34,677 bases of DNA, from positions 415-35,091 of the forward strand of contig CAYZUJ010000006.1 in the NCBI GenBank assembly GCA_964481375.1, read 5' to 3'. Positions 17,896 through 25,959 of this stretch are shown piece by piece. Position 1 is the stretch's first letter. The number at the start of each line of letters is the position of its first letter. Origin of the DNA: an uncultured Neisseria sp. (lineage in GTDB: Bacteria > Pseudomonadota > Gammaproteobacteria > Burkholderiales > UBA11063). The notes under the pieces were generated by a model. That model made no database searches. It saw only the letters and a list, made by a program, of their open reading frames with translations, and was not told the origin of the DNA. A program made the translations under genes and the position numbers.

Positions 17896-20202
17896 GTGCA
17901 AGAAATTTATTTAGATTATAATGCTAGTACGCCAGTACATCCAGAGATTATTAATGATGTCCTTTACAGTATGCACACTGTTTTTGCAAACCCTAGTAGC
18001 CAGCATAAGAGTGGGAAATCTGCAGCTTTAGCAATTGCTAATGCAAGATACAATATTGCCAAATATATTAGTGCAGATACAAATGAAATTATTTTTACTA
18101 GTAGTGCAACTGAAGCAATTAATTTAGCTATTTATTCGGTGCTTTATCAGCAAAAAATTCTTAATAATAAAAAAAATTACAAATTATTATATGCAGCAAC
18201 AGAACATAAATGTGTTAATAATGCATTAAATCATTGGAATAAAATATTACAGCTTGATTATGAAATAGTAGAGTTACCAGTTAATGAAGATGGTCAAGTT
18301 ATATTAGATGTATTACAGGAAGAGTTACCTTTAGCATTGATGCTTTGTACAATGGCTGTAAATAATGAAACAGGGATTATCACCAATTTAAAAGCAATAA
18401 AAGAGGCCATTAATAAATATAATCAATATATTTTTTGGTTGGTAGATAGTGTACAAGCTTTAGGAAAAATAGATGTTAATTTTAAAGATTTAGAAATTAG
18501 CTATGCTTCTTTTAGTGGTCATAAAATCCATGCACCTAAAGGGTGTGGGGTATTATATGTGGCGGATAAAAATCCACTATTTCCCATGTTTTGTGGTGAG
18601 CAAGAAAATAAATATCGTGCTGGTACTGAAAATGTACCAGCAATAATTGGCTTTGATAAAGCATTAATGCTAATTGAAAAAAATAAACATTTACCAAAAA
18701 ATCTTTTTAAATATCGTAATATGATAATAAATTCTTTAACAAAAGTATTTCCTAATATACAAATTAATAATAGTTACCCTAATATAGTGCCAACAGTAAT
18801 AAATTTTAGTGTGCCGGAATTTTTATCAAAAGAGTTAATTAATATTTTTGGAATTTTTAATATTCGTGTTGCTGCGGGTTCGGCATGTGGTGCATTAAAT
18901 TCAAAAAGTTATGTTATAGATGCTATGAATTTAGGAAGGCAAAGAGCTGAAGGTGCAATACGAATGTCATTTAGCATATTTTCTAATTACAATAATATAA
19001 GGCAATTATGTAAACGTATAGCCTTAATAGGTAAAAAATTAAATAATTATAAAAAAAATTATGAAACTAAAAGATATCAATATTTATTACATAATCAAAC
19101 TCCAGTAATTAGATTTAACTATAATGGTATTAATTCATGGATTGTTGTAAATAGTGAGCAATGTGTAGTTATTGATCCTATAGTTGAACTTAAAAATAAG
19201 TTACTTAACTTTATTAACAATAACAAATTAAAAATAATTGCCATAATGAATACACATGGTTATGTAGATTATATAAATTATACCCAAGATTTGCGCAATA
19301 AATTAGATATAGTTATTGATAATGATGATGTAGATATATTGGGGTGGCCAGTTAATGAAAAGTATTTATCTAATATAAATATTGAAGGAATGCAATATCC
19401 TGCATTATTATTGGCGCAAGATAATGTGATTATTAAAGTTCCAACACCTGGGTATACTAATGATTCAGTATCTTTTATAGTTGCTAAAGCTAGGGATGGG
19501 GTATTGCTTGAAAGTCAGTTTGTATTTACTGGTGGTAATATTTTGATTGAAGATTTAGGTAGAAATAATTTTAAAATTAGTAATGCAAATAAATTATATC
19601 GATCTATTGAAAATATCTTAAAATTGGTTGATAATAATTGCATAGTATGTCCTACATATGATTGTGAAAATTTATTTGCTACAACAATGAAAATAGAACA
19701 AAAAGCTAATTCTTTAATTACTGATGTTTTACTTAAACAACAAGATATATTTTTATCAAGAACAAAACAAGTAGATTTATTTTCAGAAGAAAAATATTTT
19801 CAAGAAATATCTACTAAAGTTTATGATCCAAAGAATTGTATAATTTCAAATGTGGATGCTAAGGATATCATTAATAAAGAAAGTTATTTGCTTATTGATA
19901 CAAGAGAAGCAGTAATACATGCTAATGATGTGAAAATAATACAATTTAGCAAAATAATTGGAGTTAATAAAAATTCATTTTTTAACGTCCCTTTTATTCA
20001 TGTAGTAAATTTTATGTCATACTGTATAAATAGTTTTGATACAAACATACATTTATTATTTATTTGTAATTCTGGTATGACGAGTGCTTATGTTGCAAGT
20101 GCATTTAGGAGGTTAGGCTTTCTAAATAGTAATAGTATTAGTCTTGAGATTTTAGACAAATTTAATATTGATAGTGAAAATAGTTATGAAATGTATGTTT
20201 AA
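17896..20202 (+). CDS. Three-domain fusion: class I cysteine desulfurase + MBL-fold (persulfide dioxygenase-like, degenerate) + rhodanese
   Basis: YLDYNASTP, NNETG, DSVQA, SGHKIHAPKG, AGTEN, GSAC(331); MBL scaffold VVIDP, NTHGYVDY, TPGYT, FTGG, GR.NF, CPTYD; rhodanese LIDTRE and LFIC(724)NSG.TS; GTG start with AGGAG RBS. Confidence 0.85.
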   Translation: MQEIYLDYNASTPVHPEIINDVLYSMHTVFANPSSQHKSGKSAALAIANARYNIAKYISADTNEIIFTSSATEAINLAIYSVLYQQKILNNKKNYKLLYAATEHKCVNNALNHWNKILQLDYEIVELPVNEDGQVILDVLQEELPLALMLCTMAVNNETGIITNLKAIKEAINKYNQYIFWLVDSVQALGKIDVNFKDLEISYASFSGHKIHAPKGCGVLYVADKNPLFPMFCGEQENKYRAGTENVPAIIGFDKALMLIEKNKHLPKNLFKYRNMIINSLTKVFPNIQINNSYPNIVPTVINFSVPEFLSKELINIFGIFNIRVAAGSACGALNSKSYVIDAMNLGRQRAEGAIRMSFSIFSNYNNIRQLCKRIALIGKKLNNYKKNYETKRYQYLLHNQTPVIRFNYNGINSWIVVNSEQCVVIDPIVELKNKLLNFINNNKLKIIAIMNTHGYVDYINYTQDLRNKLDIVIDNDDVDILGWPVNEKYLSNINIEGMQYPALLLAQDNVIIKVPTPGYTNDSVSFIVAKARDGVLLESQFVFTGGNILIEDLGRNNFKISNANKLYRSIENILKLVDNNCIVCPTYDCENLFATTMKIEQKANSLITDVLLKQQDIFLSRTKQVDLFSEEKYFQEISTKVYDPKNCIISNVDAKDIINKESYLLIDTREAVIHANDVKIIQFSKIIGVNKNSFFNVPFIHVVNFMSYCINSFDTNIHLLFICNSGMTSAYVASAFRRLGFLNSNSISLEILDKFNIDSENSYEMYV

Positions 20203-20248
20203 ATAATTCTCTATTAACTCAAATTTTAAAACTCAAAGGTGCTTAAAC

Positions 20249-21358
20249 TTAGTTTAAGCCATCATTTAAAAAATGTTTATATACATTATCTTCATATTTA
20301 ATATAGTTATCAAAGAATCCAGTATACCATTGATTAAGAGAAATTCCGGCATTATTTGATTGTATTATATCCTTCCAAGAATCAATACCACCACTTCTAA
20401 TTACATGAAATTCATGGTTGGGGTTTAGTTGTTTTATTATTGAAACAGCATTTTTAGCTAGAATCAGGGATTGTTGTTTTAATATTTTACCACTAACGCC
20501 ACCACCAAATTTATTAGTAAAGTAATTAAATAGCTTTTGTTCTGTGATATGAATATTAGGGCAAATAGCTTTGTAATTAGTGGAAGTGTTGCCTAATACT
20601 ATGCCATCAAATTGATAATATAGTAGTAGCTTTAAAATGTTTTTTAAATTATTTATTGATAAATCATTGGAAAATTTAACGGTAATAGGTAAAGGGCGTT
20701 CTCTTTTTTTTAAGAAATTTTTTGATATATATTCTAATCTATTAGCTAGATCATTATTTGCTGGTATTAAAATATTAGGGCAACTTTCATTTATTTCAAT
20801 GAAATCAATTTCTTCTTTATTGTGATATAACCATAAGCTTTTGATTAAGTTTTCTAAACTCTGCTGTTCGTTTATGTCAGTTGATCTACTCACACTCCAG
20901 CCGATTGGACAATATTTCACTTTATTTTTAGTTATTATTTGTTTAGATAAAAATTCGTCACCTAAATTTGGTAGGCCAAGAAAATTTATGGCTATTTTTG
21001 AGTTTTTTAAAATTATTGCGGGGTGTAAAATATGGTTTTTATAGTTGCCTTTACGTTTATTATAAGTGCTAGTGCCACCTAAATAACCCCCGGCACCAAG
21101 AGCAGATACTAGGTCGTATCCTTCGGCATTTTTAAATATTCCTGCTAAATTCATTAAAGGAAACTGAAAAGTAAGATTCCACAGTTTTTTATGGTATATT
21201 TTATTTGGTATAAATTGGGTTTTATGGGGGGTTTTAAAAAAATTAGCTAGAAAATATTTTCTAGCTAATGAGTGAGTTTTAACTACCATATATGATGGTA
21301 ATATTTTTTCTATAATGTTATAGGAGTAAAGCAATTTTATAAGTTTAATATAATTCAT
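20249..21358 (-). CDS. pyrD: Divergent dihydroorotate dehydrogenase
   Basis: AGIFKNAE, IN.LG.PNLG, EINESCPN, VK.S.D, GNT, GGVSG, GGI, QWYTGF. Confidence 0.72.
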   Translation of the reverse strand: MNYIKLIKLLYSYNIIEKILPSYMVVKTHSLARKYFLANFFKTPHKTQFIPNKIYHKKLWNLTFQFPLMNLAGIFKNAEGYDLVSALGAGGYLGGTSTYNKRKGNYKNHILHPAIILKNSKIAINFLGLPNLGDEFLSKQIITKNKVKYCPIGWSVSRSTDINEQQSLENLIKSLWLYHNKEEIDFIEINESCPNILIPANNDLANRLEYISKNFLKKRERPLPITVKFSNDLSINNLKNILKLLLYYQFDGIVLGNTSTNYKAICPNIHITEQKLFNYFTNKFGGGVSGKILKQQSLILAKNAVSIIKQLNPNHEFHVIRSGGIDSWKDIIQSNNAGISLNQWYTGFFDNYIKYEDNVYKHFLNDGLN

Positions 21359-21423
21359 AATTATTTTTAAATAAAGTTTTTATGAAGTGATATTCTACCA
21401 AATATTTACCCTAAAGCATACTA

Positions 21424-22338
21424 TTATTTTTGTAATAAAGAATTTTTATAATCATTCTTTATCCAATTATAATATTGAGCAACATTAATTGATGAGCCAG
21501 GAGAACTAGGTGTGCCACATTCTGAACCTTGACCAAATGAATGAACTCCTTGAATAGTGTATTTATTATTAATGTTTATTAAATCAGGCCCACCAGAGTC
21601 ACCTTGGCAAATATGTGTATAGCCATCGCCATTATTTACTGTCCCTAATAAATTTATAATATAATTGTTTCCACTAAAAGAATCTATTTTAGCTATAGCT
21701 GAACGAAGAACGCCTGATGCTCCATTAAAAGGATCATTAATAATAACGCCAGAACCATTATCTACACCGTAGCCTATAATAAGTTCTTCAGAGCCAATTA
21801 TCGGATTATTTGTTGAAACGGTAGCAATTTCAACAGCATTGCTATCAAGAGGATTAGAAAGTTCAATAATTGCAAGGTCATTAATTTGTGAGTAATCTTG
21901 TATATTTAAACCTTTATCGCTTACCCCAACTCCTTTGAAGGCATCTAAGTGTACATAAATTTTATTTGCTACGAATATATTAATATTTTTTTGCACATTG
22001 CTATCATTTAAATTTACTGGTTTGTTTGGATCTTTAGACAAAATAATCTTAATATTTTTAGGATCATGAATATTATTTATAGTATATGGTGTATTTACAT
22101 TTTTTTGAGACATATCTAAGACACAATGAGCAGCAGTTAATACAGTGCTAGGACTAATAAATGTTCCTGTACAAATGAATGCATTATTGTTGCTAGTTGT
22201 GTAAATCAATGGAACCATTTTATTTAGAGTTGAATCAACAACTGGCGTACCATTTTGTATTAATTGTCTCCCTATGGCTGATACTGGATTAATTAGAGTC
22301 ATACTGACGGCTAATATTATAAAAAATTGTTTTTTCAT
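21424..22338 (-). CDS. Secreted trypsin-like (S1A) serine protease
   Basis: Signal peptide; CTGT.I....VLTAAHC, NDLAII, CQGDSGGP; intact His/Asp/Ser triad; GAGG RBS. Confidence 0.92.
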   Translation of the reverse strand: MKKQFFIILAVSMTLINPVSAIGRQLIQNGTPVVDSTLNKMVPLIYTTSNNNAFICTGTFISPSTVLTAAHCVLDMSQKNVNTPYTINNIHDPKNIKIILSKDPNKPVNLNDSNVQKNINIFVANKIYVHLDAFKGVGVSDKGLNIQDYSQINDLAIIELSNPLDSNAVEIATVSTNNPIIGSEELIIGYGVDNGSGVIINDPFNGASGVLRSAIAKIDSFSGNNYIINLLGTVNNGDGYTHICQGDSGGPDLININNKYTIQGVHSFGQGSECGTPSSPGSSINVAQYYNWIKNDYKNSLLQK

Positions 22339-22412
22339 GTGTCCTCTTTCCGAATATTATTAAAAAAATAAGTTCTACACCCATTAGTAAATCATACTTC
22401 AATTATATAAAA

Positions 22413-22430
22413 CTAGTGACATTTTTGTTA
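22413..22430. repeat. 18-bp sequence CTAGTGACATTTTTGTTA, copy 2; candidate operator
   Basis: Identical to 11475-11492; here the core extends to GTGACA-TTTT-TGTTAC (22416-22431). Confidence 0.6.
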
Positions 22431-22476
22431 CTTGACAAAGTAATTTAAAATAATAAAAGATTTTTACTAAAATTAA

Positions 22477-22540
22477 TTGACTTGTTAGTGTTTTTTATGT
22501 TATAGTGGAGTACGGTGGGTAAAAGTGTATTGTTGTGGGA
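22477..22540 (+). promoter_or_regulatory. dcw (Pmra) promoter and MraZ-binding repeats
   Basis: TTGACT (22477-22482), 18 nt, TG-T-TATAGT (22498-22506); GTGGAG, GTGGGT, GTGTAT, GTGGGA starting at 22505, 22515, 22525, 22535 (10-nt period). Confidence 0.85.
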
Positions 22541-22548
22541 GGTTTAAA

Positions 22549-22998
22549 ATGTTTGGTGGGGTATCTCACTTAAGTTTAGACTTGAAAAATCGTTTAGCAG
22601 TTCCCGCAAAGTATCGTGAGGAGTTGAGGCTTGATTTTGCAAATAAGGTTACTATAACTCTCGAGTCACCACAATGTTTACTAATTTATCCTGAACAAAA
22701 CTGGTTCATTGTTCGTGATAAAATTCAAAATTTGTCTACTGGGGCACATCCATTAGTTAAAAGCTATCAAAGATTAGTTCTAGGTTATGCAGAAACAGTT
22801 GAAGTTGACAAGTCAGGGCGCATTTTATTACCAAATTCATTAAAAAGTCTTGCACAATTAGATAAGGATGTGGTTTTAGTTGGCATGGGTAATCGTTTTG
22901 AATTATGGGATAAAAAGAAATGGGCAGAAGAAACTAATAAAGCATTGCAATTATCCCATGATAATTTAGCACAGTTATTGACTGATTTTTCTCTATAG
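22549..22998 (+). CDS. mraZ: Transcriptional regulator MraZ
   Basis: Two DxxxR motifs (DLKNRL.VP, DKSGRI..P), CLLIYP, VGMGNRFELW; ATG 22549 with GGAGG RBS preferred to GTG 22525. Confidence 0.97.
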   Translation: MFGGVSHLSLDLKNRLAVPAKYREELRLDFANKVTITLESPQCLLIYPEQNWFIVRDKIQNLSTGAHPLVKSYQRLVLGYAETVEVDKSGRILLPNSLKSLAQLDKDVVLVGMGNRFELWDKKKWAEETNKALQLSHDNLAQLLTDFSL

Positions 22999-23012
22999 AA
23001 GAAAGCAATTAA

Positions 23013-23912
23013 GTGCATTATTCTGTTTTATTGGACGAATCAATTGAATTATTAAACATTAATCCAGATGGAATTTATATTGATGGTACTTTTGGTCGTG
23101 GTGGCCATACAAAAGAAATTTTAGCTAAATTAAGTAATAAAGGCAGATTAATTGCTTTTGATAAAGATATTGTAGCTGTTAATCATGCATTAGAATTAAA
23201 TGATAAACGTTTAGAAATTATTCATGATAGTTTTGCAAATGCTTTGCAGCATCTTAAAGAACTTGGGATTGAAAGAGTTGATGGGATATTACTAGATTTA
23301 GGAGTTTCCTCTCCACAATTAGATGTTAAAGAGCGAGGTTTTAGTTTTCGTTTAAATGGAGAACTAGACATGAGAATGGATAATACTAAAGGTATAAATG
23401 CTCGTCAATGGATTAATCAAGTTGCAGAAGATGAGTTGGCTAAAGTATTATGGCAATATTCTGAAGAGAGATTTTCAAGAAAGATTGCTCATAGTATAGT
23501 TATTGAGCGGGCAAAGAAAGAAATTGCTACAACTAATGAGTTAGCAAAAATAATTTCTGACTGTATACCATTTAAAGAAAAAGCTCAGCACCCAGCAACA
23601 AGAAGTTTTCAGGCAATTAGGATTTTTATTAATAATGAATTAGGAGATTTAGAAACAATTTTATCTGAACTACCATTACTATTAAATCATGGTGCTAGAG
23701 TAGTGGTGATAAGTTTTCATTCATTAGAAGATAGAATTGTTAAAAATAAATTTAATGAGCTTGCTAGTAATAGTTTACCTAAATGGGTTGTTAGCACAGA
23801 TTCTAAAAAAGAATATAAAATCATAGCTAAAAAAATTAGAGCAAGCATTGAAGAAATTTCAAAAAATAAAAGAAGTAAAAGTGGCATAATGCGTTGTTTG
23901 GAAAGAATCTAA
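23013..23912 (+). CDS. rsmH: 16S rRNA m4C1402 methyltransferase
   Basis: H.SVLL.E, DGTFGRGGH, DLGVSSPQLD, LDMRMD, HPATRSFQAIRI, SFHSLEDR. Confidence 0.98.
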   Translation: MHYSVLLDESIELLNINPDGIYIDGTFGRGGHTKEILAKLSNKGRLIAFDKDIVAVNHALELNDKRLEIIHDSFANALQHLKELGIERVDGILLDLGVSSPQLDVKERGFSFRLNGELDMRMDNTKGINARQWINQVAEDELAKVLWQYSEERFSRKIAHSIVIERAKKEIATTNELAKIISDCIPFKEKAQHPATRSFQAIRIFINNELGDLETILSELPLLLNHGARVVVISFHSLEDRIVKNKFNELASNSLPKWVVSTDSKKEYKIIAKKIRASIEEISKNKRSKSGIMRCLERI

Positions 23913-24176
23913 ATGATATTGCGTTTAGTTAACTTAGTATTACTTAGTATTGTAGTAATGAGTGCTTTTAGGTTGATTAATGTTCGTTATCAATCAAGAA
24001 ATGCATATGCCTTACTTGCAGAATTGCAATTACAAGCAAATAAGTTAAATAAAGAGTTTACAAAATTACAGTTAGAGGAAGGCACATATTCATCCAACCT
24101 AGTATTACAAGATTTTGCTTTGCATAAATTTGGGTTAGTTAAACCTGATAAAAAGCATATTGTGGAGGTTAATTGA
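23913..24176 (+). CDS. ftsL: Cell division protein FtsL
   Basis: TM helix plus leucine-zipper coil (KLQLEE); between rsmH and ftsI. Confidence 0.85.
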   Translation: MILRLVNLVLLSIVVMSAFRLINVRYQSRNAYALLAELQLQANKLNKEFTKLQLEEGTYSSNLVLQDFALHKFGLVKPDKKHIVEVN

Positions 24177-24177
24177 T

Positions 24178-25935
24178 ATGCTGGCTAATAATCAAATTCA
24201 AAAACTGTATGCTAGATCAAATTACGCTCCTTATCGAGTTAGTAGTTTTCGGCGTTATTTATCTTCATTTTGTTCTTTGAGTAGAAGTAGTTTTATTAAT
24301 TGGATAGCATTATTATTAACATTAATAATTATTTTACGCTTAATTTTTTTAAATACTTTTAGTAATAATTTTTTAATGGAACAAATGAATTCAAGAGTTT
24401 TGCGTAATGTAGAAATAACGGCTATGCGTGGAACAATTAGTGATAGAAATGGCAACCCATTAGCAGTTAGTTCACCTGTTGCCTCAATTTGGGCAGATCC
24501 TAGTGCATTAGATCAGTTAACAGCAAAACAGATTAAAGATCTTGCCAAAATATTAGGCATGAAAATTTCTGAATTAAATAATAAATTAAATGAAAAACAT
24601 AGGACCTTCGTTTATATAAAAAGAGCTGTTAGTCCACAGCAGGCAGCTCTTATTAAAAAATTAGCTATTCCTGGAATTTATAGCATTCAAGAATTCAAGC
24701 GTTTTTATCCAAATGGAGAAGTTACAGCTCATGTAGTTGGTTTTAATAATGTAGATGATAAGGGTGCTGAAGGTATAGAGTATGCTAATAATAATATTTT
24801 ATTAGGGCATAATGGTTTGCAACACATTATCCGTGATAGACAAGGTGATGTAGTGGAAGATGTTGGTGCAACTAAAGAGGCTCAAGATGGGCAAAATGTT
24901 CAACTATCTATAGATAATCGTATACAATATATCGCCTATTCTGCTTTAAAAACTCAAGTAACTAACTTCAAAGCTAAAGGTGGTTCAAGTATTGTATTAG
25001 ATGCAAAAACTGGAGAAGTATTAGCAATGGTAAATTTTCCTACATATAACCCAAATAATAGAGTGGGAATATCATTAGACAAATTAAGGAATAGAGCAGC
25101 TATTGATATTTATGAACCTGGTTCAACGATAAAACCTCTTATTGTAGCAAAAGCTATAGACGATGGAAAAGTAACTGCGAATACAATTTTTTCTACTAAA
25201 CCTTATAAAATAGGTCCTAAATTAATTCGAGATGTTCATGATTCAGATTTTTTATCTGTATCACAGATAATTCAAAAGTCAAGTGATGTTGGTGTTTCGA
25301 AAATTGCAATGATGTATAAACCCAAGGATTTATGGACTTATGATACTAATATTGGTTTTGGTCAGAAAGTTGGAACTAATTTTCCGGGAGAAGCTAAGGG
25401 CATTTTGTTTCCTTATAAAAAATGGTATCCCTTAGATCAAGCTACAATGTCATTTGGTTATGCAATATCAGTTAGTTTATTACAAATGGCGCGTGCTTAT
25501 ACATTATTTACTAATGATGGTTGTTTATTGCCTATAAACTTTTATAAAAACAATATTCCTGATAATTCGACTAATGAAAAATGTGTGCAAATTATATCAT
25601 CACGAACAGCTTCAATTATGAGAAATATTTTAATGGAGGCAACTGACTCAGATGTTGGAGGAACTGGTATTAAAGCACAAGTAGATGGATATACAATTGC
25701 AGGTAAAACAGGAACAGCGCATAAGGCAAAGAGAAATGGATATTATGCTGATAAATATGTAGGTTCGTTTGTCGGTTTTGCACCAGCTAAAAATCCAAAG
25801 ATAATTGTAGCTGTTATGCTAGATGAACCTCACGGAAATTATTTTGGGGGAGTAGTAGCAGCTCCAGTATTTAGTCAAATAGTAGCTTCAACATTGCCTT
25901 TATTAGGTGTCAAACCAGATAAGGTTAGTAAATAG
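24178..25935 (+). CDS. ftsI: Septal peptidoglycan transpeptidase PBP3 (ORF track start 24160; ATG 24178 preferred)
   Basis: RGTISDRNG, R.YP.GE, G..GIE, EPGSTIKP (SxxK), SSD (SxN position), GKTGT. Confidence 0.96.
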   Translation: MLANNQIQKLYARSNYAPYRVSSFRRYLSSFCSLSRSSFINWIALLLTLIIILRLIFLNTFSNNFLMEQMNSRVLRNVEITAMRGTISDRNGNPLAVSSPVASIWADPSALDQLTAKQIKDLAKILGMKISELNNKLNEKHRTFVYIKRAVSPQQAALIKKLAIPGIYSIQEFKRFYPNGEVTAHVVGFNNVDDKGAEGIEYANNNILLGHNGLQHIIRDRQGDVVEDVGATKEAQDGQNVQLSIDNRIQYIAYSALKTQVTNFKAKGGSSIVLDAKTGEVLAMVNFPTYNPNNRVGISLDKLRNRAAIDIYEPGSTIKPLIVAKAIDDGKVTANTIFSTKPYKIGPKLIRDVHDSDFLSVSQIIQKSSDVGVSKIAMMYKPKDLWTYDTNIGFGQKVGTNFPGEAKGILFPYKKWYPLDQATMSFGYAISVSLLQMARAYTLFTNDGCLLPINFYKNNIPDNSTNEKCVQIISSRTASIMRNILMEATDSDVGGTGIKAQVDGYTIAGKTGTAHKAKRNGYYADKYVGSFVGFAPAKNPKIIVAVMLDEPHGNYFGGVVAAPVFSQIVASTLPLLGVKPDKVSK

Positions 25936-25959
25936 ATGTTAATATAAAAGAGAAAAATT

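Noticed and set aside
19255-19659. Alternative genetic code or RNA editing to explain the His-to-Tyr pattern
   Set aside because: Housekeeping genes translate normally with the standard bacterial code; I know of no bacterial U-to-C mRNA editing; C-to-T bias is sufficient
22432-22461. Perfect TTGACA next to the 18-bp repeat as a second mraZ promoter
   Set aside because: No adequate -10 at 16-18 nt spacing; the TTGACT/TATAGT pair fits better
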